In this document: one piece after another, positions 39,243 through 51,112 of the stretch
Layout of the letters: every line of letters begins with the position of its first letter
Numbering within the stretch: the stretch's first letter is position 1
Assembly: GCA_964564325.1 (NCBI GenBank)
Contig: CAZMBD010000001.1
Coordinates: 71,867-135,866 of the forward strand
Direction of reading: 5' to 3'
DNA length: 64,000 bases
From: an uncultured Clostridiaceae bacterium
GTDB taxonomy: Bacteria; Bacillota; Clostridia; Tissierellales; Tepidimicrobiaceae
Position numbers and translations under genes: made by a program
The notes under the pieces: generated by a model
Told to the model about the DNA's origin: nothing
Database searches by the model: none
Seen by the model: the letters and a program-made list of their open reading frames with translations, nothing else

Positions 39243-39710
39243 CTATTCTTCATCTTCTTCTGGAAATACTTCCTCTATTATTTTATCTATAAATAATATT
39301 CCATTTAAATGGTCTATTTCATGGCAAAGAGCTTTAGCCAATAATCCTGTACCATCTATTATCTTTTCTTCCCCAAATTCATTTAAATACTTTACCTTAA
39401 CTCTGTCAGGACGCTTTACTGTACCAACTCTATTTGGAACTGATAAACACCCTTCTACATCTATATTTTCCCCTTCACTTTCAATAATTTCTGGATTAAT
39501 TAATTTTATTAGTCCATCACCTATATCAATTACTACTACTTGCCTTAATACTCCAACTTGAGGTGCTGCTAAACCTACTCCATCATTTTCATACATAGTT
39601 TCTGCCATATCATCTAATAGTATCTTAATTCTATCATTTATATCTTTAACTTCTCTAGAAAATTTCCTTAAAATAGGGTCTCCATCAAATCTAATTTGTC
39701 TTATCGCCAT
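39243..39710 (-). CDS. def: Peptide deformylase
   Basis: [13 protein letters not shown] and HEIDHLNG motifs. Confidence 0.97.
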   Translation of the reverse strand: MAIRQIRFDGDPILRKFSREVKDINDRIKILLDDMAETMYENDGVGLAAPQVGVLRQVVVIDIGDGLIKLINPEIIESEGENIDVEGCLSVPNRVGTVKRPDRVKVKYLNEFGEEKIIDGTGLLAKALCHEIDHLNGILFIDKIIEEVFPEEDEE

Positions 39711-39720
39711 ATTCTTCCTC

Positions 39721-42201
39721 CTATAAAATTGAATTGGGATTTATGTCTATATTTATTTTTACCTCATTTAAATCTAATTCATATCTATTAAATATACATA
39801 CCCATTCTATTATCTTTTTTAACTTATTTATATATTTATCCTGAGATTTAATTAATATTTGAAATCTATAATTATTTTTTATTTTTTCAAGGGGAGCAGG
39901 GTTAGGACCTATTAGATTATCTATTATATGTTCTAGTCCATTAGCCTTAATCTCCTTAATTAATGCATTGTAAATTTCCTTAGATACTTTTAATATTCTA
40001 TTTCTATTTTCTCCATATATTACTATAGATATTATATTACTAAAGGGTGGATAGTCAAATTCTTTTCTTAAAAGAATTTCTTTATTATAAAATGTTAAAT
40101 AATCATGTTCCTTAGAAGATTGAATACTATAATGATCAGGATTATAGGTTTGAACTATTACATTACCTTCAAATTCTCCTCTACCTGCCCTACCTGCCAC
40201 CTGAGTAATTAGCTGAAATGTCCTCTCAGAAGCTCTAAAATCCGGGAGATTCAAACTTGTATCTGCTGCAATTATACCTACTAAGGTGACATTTTCAAAA
40301 TCTAATCCCTTTGCTATCATTTGAGTGCCAATCAATATATCTATTTCCTCATTTTTCATCTCCTCCAACATAGATTCATGACTGCCCTTTTTTGTAGTAG
40401 TATCCATATCCATTCTTTTAACTTTTGCATTAGGAAACATCTCTTTAGTGTAAGCCTCTACTTTTTCTGTTCCTATACCAAAATACTTAATATATTTACT
40501 TTTACATACTGGGCAAAGATTAGGTGGATTAATAGCTAATCCACAATAATGGCATTTTAATTTGTTTTCTTTCATATAATAAGTCATAGATATATCACAT
40601 GAATTACATTTTACTACATAGCCACATTGTCTGCAAGAAACAAAGGTAGAATATCCTCTTCTATTTAAGAAAAGTATAGTTTGTTTTTTATTATTTAAAT
40701 TTTTTTCTATTGCTCTATATAATTCCTTGCTAAATATGGACATATTACCCATTTGAAGTTCTTTCCTCATATCTACAATTTTTACTTCAGGCAAATCCCT
40801 ATTATTGACTCTTTCTTTAAGATTTAAAAGTTTTAAATCTCCAGTTTTAGCCTTATAATACGACTCTATCGAAGGAGTTGCTGAACCTTTTACTAAATAA
40901 GCCCCAAATTGATCACATCTTTTTTCTGCCACTTCTATGGCAGAATACTTTGGATTCATACTAGATTTATATGTAGTTTCATGTTCTTCATCTATTATTA
41001 TAAGGCCTAAATTATTAAAGGGTGCAAATACTGCTGATCGTGCACCTACTACAATTTTCACTTTCCCTTCTTTAATTTTTCTCCATTGATCAAATCTTTC
41101 CCCATAAGACAATTTGCTATGAAGAACTGCCACATTATCCCCAAATCTTCCTACAAATCTTTCTGTAGTTTGGGGAGTTAGAGATATTTCTGGTACAAGT
41201 ATTATAGAATCCTTGTTTAATCTAAGCATCTCTTCCACTAATTGAAGATATATTTCAGTTTTACCACTACCTGTAACTCCATGAATTAAAAATTTATTTT
41301 GCCTATCTTTATTCCTGATACTATTTAATATGGTATCTACACAATATTTTTGATCTTTGGATAAATTATGTTTCTTATAAGGTTTTATATTTTTTTTAAT
41401 AGGTTCTCTATACACTTCACGATCAAATATTTTTATTATACCTTTTTTCTCAACTGCCTTGACAGTAGATAAAGAGCTTTCTGTCTCTTCCATAAGTTTT
41501 TTTAAAGATAAAGGTTCTTGTCCTATTAGATACTTTGTTATTTCTATTTGTTTATAACTTCTTACTCCAACTTTTTTAACTATATCCTCATAAGATAGAG
41601 AATCATCTACTATTGATACATATTTTTCATATTTTTTTTCTACAGTAGTTTTTATTTCCAAACTAGTTTTTACTATGCCACTTTTTTCTAAATTTTTAAT
41701 AGTACTTAACAAATCTCTATTGTCGATGGATTTTTTTAGTACTTTTAATTCTACTTTGTTTTCATGATTTAGAATTAAATTTATTATATTTTCTTCCAGT
41801 TGATTTAATTTGTTTTTATAACTATAATAATTACCATCTAAAGAAACGTAAGTTTCAACCTCTTTAAAATTTCCTGGAGGTAAAACTGTTTGGAAACTAT
41901 CTAAATATGGAGATAAATATTCTTCAGACATCCACATACTTAATTCAATTAAATCCTTTGAAATTAAAGGTTTATTGTCTACAATATCTATTATACTTTT
42001 TAATTTATACTCTCCATCATAATGATTATCTATTTTAATTATAATCCCTATAATTTTTCTATTCCCCGTCCCAAAGGGAATTAAAACCCTCATACCTTCC
42101 TGAACTATATCTTCCATTTCAGGTTTTATTAAATATGTATAGGGTTTGTCTGTACTAGTTGCTCTATTATCAATTATTATTTGTGCATATTTTCTATCCA
42201 T
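39721..42201 (-). CDS. priA: Primosomal replication restart helicase PriA
   Basis: GVTGSGKTE and DEEHE motifs, plus Cys-rich zinc-binding insertions (CRQCGY...CHYCG...CPVCKS). Confidence 0.95.
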   Translation of the reverse strand: MDRKYAQIIIDNRATSTDKPYTYLIKPEMEDIVQEGMRVLIPFGTGNRKIIGIIIKIDNHYDGEYKLKSIIDIVDNKPLISKDLIELSMWMSEEYLSPYLDSFQTVLPPGNFKEVETYVSLDGNYYSYKNKLNQLEENIINLILNHENKVELKVLKKSIDNRDLLSTIKNLEKSGIVKTSLEIKTTVEKKYEKYVSIVDDSLSYEDIVKKVGVRSYKQIEITKYLIGQEPLSLKKLMEETESSLSTVKAVEKKGIIKIFDREVYREPIKKNIKPYKKHNLSKDQKYCVDTILNSIRNKDRQNKFLIHGVTGSGKTEIYLQLVEEMLRLNKDSIILVPEISLTPQTTERFVGRFGDNVAVLHSKLSYGERFDQWRKIKEGKVKIVVGARSAVFAPFNNLGLIIIDEEHETTYKSSMNPKYSAIEVAEKRCDQFGAYLVKGSATPSIESYYKAKTGDLKLLNLKERVNNRDLPEVKIVDMRKELQMGNMSIFSKELYRAIEKNLNNKKQTILFLNRRGYSTFVSCRQCGYVVKCNSCDISMTYYMKENKLKCHYCGLAINPPNLCPVCKSKYIKYFGIGTEKVEAYTKEMFPNAKVKRMDMDTTTKKGSHESMLEEMKNEEIDILIGTQMIAKGLDFENVTLVGIIAADTSLNLPDFRASERTFQLITQVAGRAGRGEFEGNVIVQTYNPDHYSIQSSKEHDYLTFYNKEILLRKEFDYPPFSNIISIVIYGENRNRILKVSKEIYNALIKEIKANGLEHIIDNLIGPNPAPLEKIKNNYRFQILIKSQDKYINKLKKIIEWVCIFNRYELDLNEVKINIDINPNSIL

Positions 42202-42239
42202 ATAATCAAATCCTCATATAATATCTTAAATTTAAATAT

Positions 42240-42267
42240 AAAAGCTAGATATTTTTATCTAGCTTTT
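42240..42267 (-). terminator. Intrinsic terminator overlapping the coaBC stop codon
   Basis: AAAAGCTAGAT-loop-ATCTAGCTTTT. The stop codon lies in the loop, and the sense-strand tail is TTTTATATTT. Confidence 0.65.
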
Positions 42268-43466
42268 TCATTTAATAAACTTGCAATTTTATCCACAATC
42301 ACCTTTGCCACTTGAGATTTATCCATTTTTGGATATTCCTTAATATTGCCACCTTTTTCAATAATGGTTACAATATTAGTATCAGATTTAAAGCCTGCTC
42401 CTTCTTTAGAAACATCATTTGCAACTATAAAATCAAAATTTTTATCCGCCAATTTTTTCCCTGCATATTCTAGTAGATTATCTGTTTCTGCTGCAAAACC
42501 AACTATTATTTGTTCTTGCTTTATTTTCCCAAAGTGTGCTGCAATATCTGGGTTTCTAACAAATTTTATATTTAATTCATCATTTGAATCTGCCTTTTTC
42601 TTTATTTTTGTACTAGAGGTCTTTTCTGGCCTATAATCTGAAGGGGCTGCAGATTTTATTAATGCATCACAATTCTCAAAATTTTTTTTAACTGCATTAA
42701 ACATTTCCTCTGTAGTATTTACTTTAATCAACTCTACATTTTTAGGTGGTTCAATTGAAGTAGGTCCAGATATCAATACGGTTTTAGCTCCTCTTTTCTG
42801 TGCTTCACTGGCTATACTATAACCCATCTTACCACTAGAATGATTAGTAATATATCTTACTGGATCTATAGCTTCAATAGTAGGACCTGCAGTTACAACT
42901 ATTTTTCTACCTTCCAAATCCTTTTCATAAAAACTATCTACAATATATTGTAAAATATCTATAGGCTCTGCCATACGCCCTGGTCCATAAGTTCGACATG
43001 CCAACATTCCTGTTCCTGGTTCAATAAATTCATATCCTAATTGTTCTAAATAAGATATGTTCTTCTGAACTATTGGATTTAAATACATATTAGTATTCAT
43101 AGCTGGTGCCAATATAACTTTAGCTTTAGTAGCCATTACCGTAGTAGTTAATAAATTATCCGCAATGCCATTTGCTATTTTTCCAATTATATTTGCAGTA
43201 GCAGGTGCAATTACAAACAAATCAGCTCGTTCTGCTAAAGAAATATGTTCCACATCATAATTTTTGGGTTCTCCAAACATATCCACATATACTGGATTTG
43301 AAGATAGAGTTTGAAATGTAAGCGGAGCAACAAATTTAGTAGCTCCTTCTGTCATTATTACATCTACATTGGCATTTTGTTTCTTTAATCTACTAACTAA
43401 ATCCACAACCTTATAAGCTGCAATTCCTCCAGTAACTCCTAATACAATATTTTTATCTTTAAGCAT
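42255..43466 (-). CDS. coaBC: Bifunctional phosphopantothenoylcysteine decarboxylase/synthetase
   Basis: GVTGGIAAYK flavoprotein motif, 403 aa, two domains. Confidence 0.95.
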   Translation of the reverse strand: MLKDKNIVLGVTGGIAAYKVVDLVSRLKKQNANVDVIMTEGATKFVAPLTFQTLSSNPVYVDMFGEPKNYDVEHISLAERADLFVIAPATANIIGKIANGIADNLLTTTVMATKAKVILAPAMNTNMYLNPIVQKNISYLEQLGYEFIEPGTGMLACRTYGPGRMAEPIDILQYIVDSFYEKDLEGRKIVVTAGPTIEAIDPVRYITNHSSGKMGYSIASEAQKRGAKTVLISGPTSIEPPKNVELIKVNTTEEMFNAVKKNFENCDALIKSAAPSDYRPEKTSSTKIKKKADSNDELNIKFVRNPDIAAHFGKIKQEQIIVGFAAETDNLLEYAGKKLADKNFDFIVANDVSKEGAGFKSDTNIVTIIEKGGNIKEYPKMDKSQVAKVIVDKIASLLNEKAR

Positions 43467-43476
43467 AAGAACACAC

Positions 43477-43686
43477 CTACTTTATTCCTCTAATATCTGG
43501 TCTATGATAGGTAATTTTTCCCTCTACTATCTCTTCTATAGCAATGCTTACAGGTTTAGTAGAATTAGTCTCAATTAAAGGTTTTGCCCCATCCACCAAT
43601 TGCCTGGATCTTTTTGCAGCTAACATTACTAATGTGTATCTACTATCAGCTATATTTGAAAGTTGATTAATAGATGGATTATACAT
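43477..43686 (-). CDS. rpoZ: DNA-directed RNA polymerase subunit omega
   Basis: RYTLVMLAAKRSRQL motif. Start set to ATG 43686, 6 nt after GAGGAGG. Confidence 0.93.
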   Translation of the reverse strand: MYNPSINQLSNIADSRYTLVMLAAKRSRQLVDGAKPLIETNSTKPVSIAIEEIVEGKITYHRPDIRGIK

Positions 43687-43697
43687 AGTATTCCTCC

Positions 43698-44300
43698 TCA
43701 ATCAATAATTTTTTCCACAATATTATTATATCTTTTTACCTTTAATTTCTCTGCCTTTATAATTGCCTCAATTTTTTCTACTGCATCTAAAACTTCATCA
43801 TTTACTACAAAATAATCATATTCATCTAAAAACTTTAGTTCTTCGAAAGCATTCCTGAGTCTAATGTTTATATCCTTTTCGCTTTCGGTACCTCTTTTTA
43901 CTATTCGATTTTTAAGTTCTTCCATAGAAGGAGGCAATAAGAAAACAAAGACTCCTTCAGGATAAACTTTTTTAATCTGCAATGCACCTTGGACATCAAT
44001 TTCTAAAATGACTATATTCCCCTTTTCTATTTCATTTAATACAAAGTTTTTAGGCGTACCATAATGATGATTATGTACATTAGCATATTCTAAAAATTCC
44101 CCATTGTCTACCATTTTATTGAATTTATTTTTATTTATAAAAAAGTAATTGACTCCATCTACTTCTCCTACCCGTGGTTTCCTAGTAGTAGCAGATATAG
44201 AAAATATTAAATCTTCATTTCTTTCTAAAAGTTTCTTGCAAACAGTACCCTTGCCAGAACCAGATGGCCCAGATACAACTAATAAAAAACCTTTTGACAT
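43698..44300 (-). CDS. gmk: Guanylate kinase
   Basis: GPSGSGKGT P-loop, 200 aa. Confidence 0.96.
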   Translation of the reverse strand: MSKGFLLVVSGPSGSGKGTVCKKLLERNEDLIFSISATTRKPRVGEVDGVNYFFINKNKFNKMVDNGEFLEYANVHNHHYGTPKNFVLNEIEKGNIVILEIDVQGALQIKKVYPEGVFVFLLPPSMEELKNRIVKRGTESEKDINIRLRNAFEELKFLDEYDYFVVNDEVLDAVEKIEAIIKAEKLKVKRYNNIVEKIID

Positions 44301-44313
44301 ATTATTCCTCTCC

Positions 44314-44580
44314 TTATTTTATATCTATAGAATCACTTGTCTTGTTATTTAATCTTTGGGCTACTGTTTCAGGTTGTACAGCTGAAAGTATAATATGATC
44401 ACTATCTGTAACTATAACTGCTCTAGTTCTTCTTCCATAGGTAGCATCTATTAATATTCCCTTATCCCTTGCTTCCTGAATCATTCTTTTAATAGGAGCA
44501 GATTCTGGGCTTACAATAGCAATAATTCTATTTGCAGATACAATATTTCCAAATCCTATATTAATTAATTTTATAGACAT
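44314..44580 (-). CDS. remA: DUF370 regulator RemA (YlzA)
   Basis: 88 aa; [32 protein letters not shown] is typical of RemA. Confidence 0.92.
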   Translation of the reverse strand: MSIKLINIGFGNIVSANRIIAIVSPESAPIKRMIQEARDKGILIDATYGRRTRAVIVTDSDHIILSAVQPETVAQRLNNKTSDSIDIK

Positions 44581-44596
44581 AATTATTCCTCCTCTG

Positions 44597-45478
44597 TTAT
44601 TCTACATTTTGAACTTGTTCTCTTATCTTTTCTATTTCAGATTTAATATTTACAACACAATTGGATATAATTAAGTCCTCCGATTTGGAACCAATTGTGT
44701 TTATTTCTCTATTCATTTCTTGTAATATAAAGTCAAGTTTTCGACCTACTGGCTCACTTTCATTTAAGCTATCCAAAAATTGATCATTATGAGATCTTAA
44801 TCTTACTATTTCCTCATTAATATCTGACCTATCTGCAAAAAAGGCAATTTCATAATTCAATCTATCATCGTCTATATTTAGTTCCTCATCTAGTAGCTCT
44901 TTAATTCTAAGCTTAAGTTTTTCTTTATATTCTATCACTACTAGTGGTGCTCTATTTTCAATTTCAATTAAATTGTTTTCAATTTTTAAAATCTTACTCT
45001 TCATATCTTCCTTTAACATTAAGCCTTCTTTTATTCTCATATCCATTACATTATTCAACGCAATTTCTAAACTAGGCTCTAGACATTTCCAAATAATATC
45101 TTCTTCCATTTTTTTTCTTTCCTTTTTAATTATTTCTGGAAGAACTAGCATATGACTTAACTTTACCTCATCTACAATATTTAATTCACTCATCATCCTA
45201 TCTAATTCAGATTTATAAGCTCTTGCCAAAGGCATATCTACTACTATGTCTAAATTAGATTCATTTATATATTCTAGACATATATATACTTCTACCCTTC
45301 CTCTACTTATTTTTTCTTTTATTAAAGACTTAATATTTTCTTCTAAATAACTTAGGTGCTTTGGCATCCTTACCACAATATCATTATATCTATGATTAAC
45401 AGTTTTAATTTCTACATTAAAATTGTGGATACCATCTTCATTTTCACCTCTCCCAAATCCAGTCATACTCTTCAACAT
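44597..45478 (-). CDS. yicC: YicC/YloC family stress-induced endoribonuclease-like protein
   Basis: [10 protein letters not shown]-terminus. Start set to ATG 45478. The track start at 45550 lies upstream of the promoter called at 45523..45550. Confidence 0.9.
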   Translation of the reverse strand: MLKSMTGFGRGENEDGIHNFNVEIKTVNHRYNDIVVRMPKHLSYLEENIKSLIKEKISRGRVEVYICLEYINESNLDIVVDMPLARAYKSELDRMMSELNIVDEVKLSHMLVLPEIIKKERKKMEEDIIWKCLEPSLEIALNNVMDMRIKEGLMLKEDMKSKILKIENNLIEIENRAPLVVIEYKEKLKLRIKELLDEELNIDDDRLNYEIAFFADRSDINEEIVRLRSHNDQFLDSLNESEPVGRKLDFILQEMNREINTIGSKSEDLIISNCVVNIKSEIEKIREQVQNVE

Positions 45479-45522
45479 AGATTTAATCATCTCCTGAAAT
45501 TTATACTCATCTATCATAAATA

Positions 45523-45550
45523 ATAATACCAGATTATTTATTACTGTCAA
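45523..45550 (-). promoter_or_regulatory. Sigma-A-type promoter for yicC-remA-gmk-rpoZ
   Basis: Minus strand TTGACA-16 nt-TATTAT. Confidence 0.6.
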
Positions 45551-45578
45551 TCAAATATATCATATTTTTAAATTTAAT

Positions 45579-45606
45579 TTGTATATATCTATTAAAATGG
45601 TATAAT
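45579..45606 (+). promoter_or_regulatory. Sigma-A-type promoter for rqcH
   Basis: TTGTAT-16 nt-TATAAT with a TGg extended -10, about 30 nt upstream of the GGAGG SD. Confidence 0.6.
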
Positions 45607-45636
45607 TTTAGTATCAAGTTTTTTGGAGGAATAGAA

Positions 45637-47397
45637 ATGTCATTAGATGGAATAGTCGTAAATGCAATTGTAGAAGAATTGAATAAAAAATTATTAGGTG
45701 GAAGAGTAGATAAAATTTATCAACAAGAAAAAGATGAAATTTTAATAAACATATACAATAAAGGAACTAATCATAAACTTATTATATCTAGTAGTAGTAA
45801 TAATCCTAGAATTCATCTTACAGATCATAACAAACCTAATCCCTCTAATCCGCCAATGTTTTGTATGCTACTTAGAAAACATTTATCTGGAGGAAAAATA
45901 TTAAATATTAGCCAACTTTCTATGGATAGAATTATATTTATAGATATTAGTTCGTTGGATGAATTAGGGAGGACTAGCGAAAAAAGATTAATAATAGAGA
46001 TTATGGGAAGACATAGTAATATAATATTAATAGATAAATCTTCTCTTAAAATCATCGATTCTATAAAAAGAGTGTCACATGAGATTAGCAGAGTTCGTCA
46101 AGTTTTACCAGGATTAAAATATAATTATCCTCCATCTGATAATAAAATTAATCCACTAGAATTTAATGAAAAAGAATTCTATACATTATTGGAAAATTCC
46201 AATGCTAATACGCCAATATTTAAATTCTTTTATACTAATTATATGGGAATAAGCCCTTTAATTGGAAAGGAAATATGTTTTAATTCTGATATAGATATTA
46301 AAAGACCTATTGGCTCCTTAGATACAATAGAAAAAGAAACACTATGTAATTCATTCCTTGAAATTATTAATAAAATAAAGAAAAAGGACTATAGTCCAGT
46401 GTTAATTAAAGATAATTATAGTAATAATTACCTTGCTTTTCATGCATTAGATATTCAACAATTTGGAAATAAAAACAAAGTATATATAGACTCTATTTCT
46501 AATATCTTAAATAAGTATTACTATAAAAACGATATGATAGATAGAGTAAACCAAAAAGCTCAAGGAATGACAAAATCAATACAAACTAAATTAGAACGTT
46601 CTCAAAATAAATTAGCTAAACAAAAGCAGGAGTTATTAGAAGCTAAAGATAGAGAAAAATATAAAATCTATGGAGATTTATTATCTGCTAATTTATATAA
46701 TATAGAAAAAGGAGCTACTAAAGTCCAAGTAGAGAACTTCTATACTGAAAATATGGAAAAAATAATAATACCCTTGAATCCAAAATATACAGCTGCTCAA
46801 AATACCCAAAGGTATTATAAAAAATATGCGAAATTGAAAAATGCCCACTTATTATTATCTAAGCAAGTGTTAGAAACTAGTGAGGAAATAGATTATTTAG
46901 AAAATGTGTTAAATAGTATAGAAAATTGCACGGAAATATCAGAACTAGATGAAATAAAAGATGAATTGATAAAAGAAGGGTATTTGAAAAGTAATAGAAA
47001 ATATAAAAATAAACCCAAAACTAAAACTAAACCCCTTCACTATATATCTTCAGAAGGTATTCATATTTATGTAGGAAAAAACAATAGACAAAATGATTAT
47101 CTTACTTTAAAATTTGCTCACAAAGAAGATATATGGCTACATGTACAAAAAATGCCTGGCAGTCATGTGATTATAAAAAAAGAAAATAAAGATATTTCAA
47201 ATACTACCTTAGAAGAAGCTGCAATTTTAGCTGCATTTTATAGTAAAGGTAAAAACTCTACAAATGTACCAGTAGATTATACTGAAAAGAAAAATGTAAA
47301 AAAACCCAAAAATGCTAAAACTGGCATGGTTATCTATGAAAATTTTAATACAATTTTTATAACTCCTAGCAAAGAAAAAATTCAAAATATAAGGAAA

Positions 47398-47409
<12 letters not shown>
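45637..47409 (+). CDS. rqcH: Ribosome quality control protein RqcH (NFACT/FbpA family)
   Basis: 590 aa with an NFACT-N N-terminus (MSLDGIVVNAIVEELNKKLLGGRVDKIYQ), a coiled-coil middle region and an NFACT-R C-terminus. Confidence 0.9.
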
Positions 47410-47962
<553 letters not shown>

Positions 47963-48880
47963 CTACCAATTTCTTTTTTCAAGTATTTGAATTATATTAG
48001 TAAAATTCTCTGGAAATTCAGTTTCAAACTCTAAATGTTTTTTATTTTTCGGATGATAGAAACCAATCTTTTTCGCATGCAATAATTGGCTATCTAGATT
48101 AAATTCATTTTTTTTATTGGAGTATACCATATCTCCTACTATAGGATGTCCTAAATAAGACATATGTACCCTAATTTGATGGGTTCGCCCTGTTTGCAAA
48201 GATAATTCCAATAGACTATAGTCCGTAAACTCTCTAAGAACCTTATAATCCGTTATAGCCTCTTTGCTATTTTCATATATAACTGTCATCTTCTTTCTAT
48301 TGGCTGGATCCCTGCCTATGGGAGCATTAATAGTAGCCTCTTTAATATCTAATTGTCCATGAACTAATGCAATATATATTCTTTTTACCTCTCGTAATTT
48401 AAACTGCTCTATTAAATTTCTATAGGATTCCTGATTTTTTGCAATTACGAGTATCCCTGAAGTATCCTTATCCAATCTGTGAACTATTCCAGGCCTTATT
48501 GCATCACCAACACAAGATAAGTTCTCGTCATAATATAAAAGTGCATTTACTAATGTACCAGATGTATTATTTAGTGTAGGATGTATTACCATTCCTTTAG
48601 GTTTATTTATGACTAAAATATCACTATCTTCGAATATAATATCTATTGGTATATTTTCAGGTACTATTTCTAAAGTTTCCTCTTTAGGTAATTTAATTTG
48701 TATTAAATCTCCATATTTTACTATGTATCTAGGCTTAACTACTTCTTCATTAACTAATACTAGTTTATCTTTAATTAATTTACTTATATAAGTTCTAGAT
48801 TTATCCTTAAGAATTTTACTTATATAATAATCTAACCTTTCATCAATATCATCTTCTACATAAATCTCTATTAAATCCAT
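47963..48880 (-). CDS. rluD: 23S rRNA pseudouridine synthase RluD family
   Basis: N-terminal S4 domain and the HRLDKDTSG catalytic motif. Confidence 0.94.
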   Translation of the reverse strand: MDLIEIYVEDDIDERLDYYISKILKDKSRTYISKLIKDKLVLVNEEVVKPRYIVKYGDLIQIKLPKEETLEIVPENIPIDIIFEDSDILVINKPKGMVIHPTLNNTSGTLVNALLYYDENLSCVGDAIRPGIVHRLDKDTSGILVIAKNQESYRNLIEQFKLREVKRIYIALVHGQLDIKEATINAPIGRDPANRKKMTVIYENSKEAITDYKVLREFTDYSLLELSLQTGRTHQIRVHMSYLGHPIVGDMVYSNKKNEFNLDSQLLHAKKIGFYHPKNKKHLEFETEFPENFTNIIQILEKRNW

Positions 48881-48889
48881 TCCAACCTC

Positions 48890-49363
48890 CTAAAGCTCAT
48901 ATCTATTTAAAGATACCATAAGAATAATTAAAAAAGTTCCAACTACAATAAACATATCTGCAACATTAAATACTGGAAAACTATAATTCTTCCCAAATTT
49001 TACAGATATAAAATCTATTACATAGGATAATCTAATTCTATCAATAAAATTTCCAATAGTTCCCCCTAAAAGCATTACCAATGCCAAATTCATTAAATTA
49101 TTAAATTTGTGGAAATACTTAAATAAGGTAATAGTAATTCCAGCTATTACTATAGTGGTAATTATAATAAAAAATATTTTTTTGTTTTGTAATATACCGA
49201 AAGCAGCACCATAATTCTCCACATATTCTAATTGAAAAAAATTTTTGATTAAAATATAGGGATTTTGTCCTTTTAGATGTTTCACAGCCAAATACTTAGT
49301 AATTTGATCCAGTACTACAATTATTGATACAATTAGTAAAAACAATTTCTTTCCCCCTCGCAT
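48890..49363 (-). CDS. lspA: Lipoprotein signal peptidase II
   Basis: 4 TM segments and the FNVAD motif. An alternative TTG start at 49345 lies 6 nt after GAGGGGGA and may be the true start. Confidence 0.93.
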   Translation of the reverse strand: MRGGKKLFLLIVSIIVVLDQITKYLAVKHLKGQNPYILIKNFFQLEYVENYGAAFGILQNKKIFFIIITTIVIAGITITLFKYFHKFNNLMNLALVMLLGGTIGNFIDRIRLSYVIDFISVKFGKNYSFPVFNVADMFIVVGTFLIILMVSLNRYEL

Positions 49364-49420
49364 ATTCTATTATAATCATATTCTAAATGATAATTAGATA
49401 TAATACAACAGTATTATAAG

Positions 49421-49456
49421 AAAACTGCTCTAATAAAAAACTCAATTAGAGCAGTT
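49421..49456 (-). terminator. Intrinsic terminator downstream of the DksA/TraR-type gene
   Basis: AACTGCTCTAAT-10 nt loop-ATTAGAGCAGTT followed by TTCTTAT. Confidence 0.6.
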
Positions 49457-49460
49457 AACA

Positions 49461-50075
49461 TTATTTATTAGTATCATCATAATATTCTTGAGATATTTTT
49501 TCTACATCCTCTACAGCACCTATTTCTTCATCATCAAACACACCTATATCATCTCCAGTAGAAAAAGAAGGGTCATTATTTATTTGATTATATCTGGCCA
49601 CTGCTTGATAGCTATCTTCTCTGTCAAATTGAATTCCTTCTTTAATATTTTCTTTAAAGTTTTCTAATACATCTTCTTCCTCTGGTCTAAAATTTCTTTT
49701 TTTATCTAAAGAAATTTTTTTATTAGAACAATCAATGCATAATTTTGTATATGGAATTAGCCTTAGTCTTTCATCATCTATTTCCTTCCCACATGATATA
49801 CAAAATCCATAATCTCCAGATTGCAAATCTTTTTCAGAAATTTCTATTTCATATAATGTATCTTCTAATTTATTTATAAGACCCTTATCTTGTTCCATCA
49901 TAAACATATCAGTACCTAAATCTGCTGGATGATTGTCATAGGAAGATAGCTCTGTAGAATATTCTTCTATAAAACCTGAGCTTTCAGGATTTTTTATTTT
50001 TTCTAGCAAATCTATATTTTTTTTCTTTTCTTCTAATAATCTACTTTTAAAAAAGATTTTCTTTTTTTGATCCAT
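49461..50075 (-). CDS. DksA/TraR C4 zinc-finger protein (YteA/YlyA-like)
   Basis: CISCGKEIDDERLRLIPYTKLCIDC zinc finger. 204 aa with an acidic C-terminal extension. Located upstream of lspA, as ylyA is in Bacillus. Confidence 0.8.
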   Translation of the reverse strand: MDQKKKIFFKSRLLEEKKKNIDLLEKIKNPESSGFIEEYSTELSSYDNHPADLGTDMFMMEQDKGLINKLEDTLYEIEISEKDLQSGDYGFCISCGKEIDDERLRLIPYTKLCIDCSNKKISLDKKRNFRPEEEDVLENFKENIKEGIQFDREDSYQAVARYNQINNDPSFSTGDDIGVFDDEEIGAVEDVEKISQEYYDDTNK

Positions 50076-50199
50076 ATATTCCCTCCTTATATCTAAAAGA
50101 ATTTTGTTTTAATTTACCCATATGTTTTTTTATAATTCATGGAAATATATGAATATGTATCATTTATGATAAGGTTACATATGATATGTATTGACTTAT

Positions 50200-50241
50200 A
50201 AAAAAGCCCTTTATCTTATATACTAGATAAAAGGCTTTTTA
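50200..50241 (-). terminator. Intrinsic terminator downstream of aroF
   Basis: 12-bp stem AGCCTTTTATCT/AGATAAAGGGCT with one mismatch, followed by TTTTTTAT on the sense strand. Confidence 0.7.
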
Positions 50242-50994
50242 CTATTTTATTTCTAAAAATAGTTTTTCAAACTCTTTAAAATTTAAAGATTGCTCACCAT
50301 CTGATAATGCAGTATCTGGACTCGGATGAATTTCTATCATAACTCCATTAGCTCCTAGTGCCATTGCAGCCTTTGTAGCTGGAAGAATTAATTCTCTTCT
50401 CCCTGTGCCATGACTCGGGTCTACTATAATTGGATATTTGGTCCTTTCCTTAATTATAGGTACACTCATTAAATCTAAAACATTCCTTGTATAGTTATCG
50501 AAACCCCTAATACCCCTTTCACAAAATATTATTTTTTCATTTCCACCTAATTCTATATATTCAGAAGCCTTTATCCACTCTTCAATAGTTGCACTCATTC
50601 CTCTTTTCAATAATATAGGCTTATCTATTTTACCAATTTCCTTTAATAATGGGTAATTGTACATATTTCTTGAACCTATTTGATAAATATCAATATAATC
50701 ATAAGCAATATCAATATCCCTTGGGTCCATTATTTCAGATACTATTTTAAATTTATACTTATTTTTAATTTCTTTTAATATCTTAAGCCCATCTATACCC
50801 AATCCTTGAAATGATTCAGGATCTGTTCTAGGTTTAAATGCCCCACCTCTTAAAAATTTTACCCCTAGTTTTTCTAAAAAACTTCCTATATGTTCCATTT
50901 GTTTTAAACTTTCAACTGAACACGGTCCAGCAATAATGGTGAATTCATCTCCTCCAATATATAAATCTTCATCTATTTTAATTTTATTTACCAT
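50242..50994 (-). CDS. aroF: 3-deoxy-7-phosphoheptulonate (DAHP) synthase, type I-beta, catalytic core only
   Basis: GPCSVES, LRGGAFKPRT, CERGIRGF and DPSH motifs. 250 aa with no regulatory extension. Confidence 0.88.
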   Translation of the reverse strand: MVNKIKIDEDLYIGGDEFTIIAGPCSVESLKQMEHIGSFLEKLGVKFLRGGAFKPRTDPESFQGLGIDGLKILKEIKNKYKFKIVSEIMDPRDIDIAYDYIDIYQIGSRNMYNYPLLKEIGKIDKPILLKRGMSATIEEWIKASEYIELGGNEKIIFCERGIRGFDNYTRNVLDLMSVPIIKERTKYPIIVDPSHGTGRRELILPATKAAMALGANGVMIEIHPSPDTALSDGEQSLNFKEFEKLFLEIK

Positions 50995-51057
50995 AAGTAT
51001 TCCTCCACTGTTTCAGAATAGTCCCCTTTTCTATTTTTTTAATTTTCTTCATATTTA

Positions 51058-51086
51058 ATCATAATTTAATCAACTTTTTATGTCAA
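51058..51086 (-). promoter_or_regulatory. Sigma-A-type promoter for aroF
   Basis: Minus strand TTGACA-17 nt-TATGAT, directly after the divIVA terminator. Confidence 0.65.
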
Positions 51087-51112
51087 ATAAAAATTAGGGG
51101 CTATGCCCCTAA
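51086..51112 (-). terminator. Intrinsic terminator overlapping the divIVA stop
   Basis: TTAGGGGC-ata-GCCCCTAA followed by TTTTTATTT. The upstream arm encodes the last codons (LGA) and the stop lies in the loop. Confidence 0.75.

Noticed and set aside
45479-45550. 24-codon N-terminal extension of yicC in the ORF track (MTVINNLVLLFMIDEYKFQEMIKS).
   Set aside because: The extension overlaps a good TTGACA-16-TATTAT promoter for the same gene. The family-typical N-terminus ([11 protein letters not shown]) begins at ATG 45478.
50995-51100. Possible T-box or amino-acid riboswitch leader upstream of aroF, and similarly upstream of glyA at 63199..63277.
   Set aside because: After the promoters, the leaders are only about 70 nt, far shorter than a T-box (about 200 nt or more). 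They lack the conserved T-box sequence and a specifier/terminator architecture. No glycine or THF aptamer-like conserved cores were seen.
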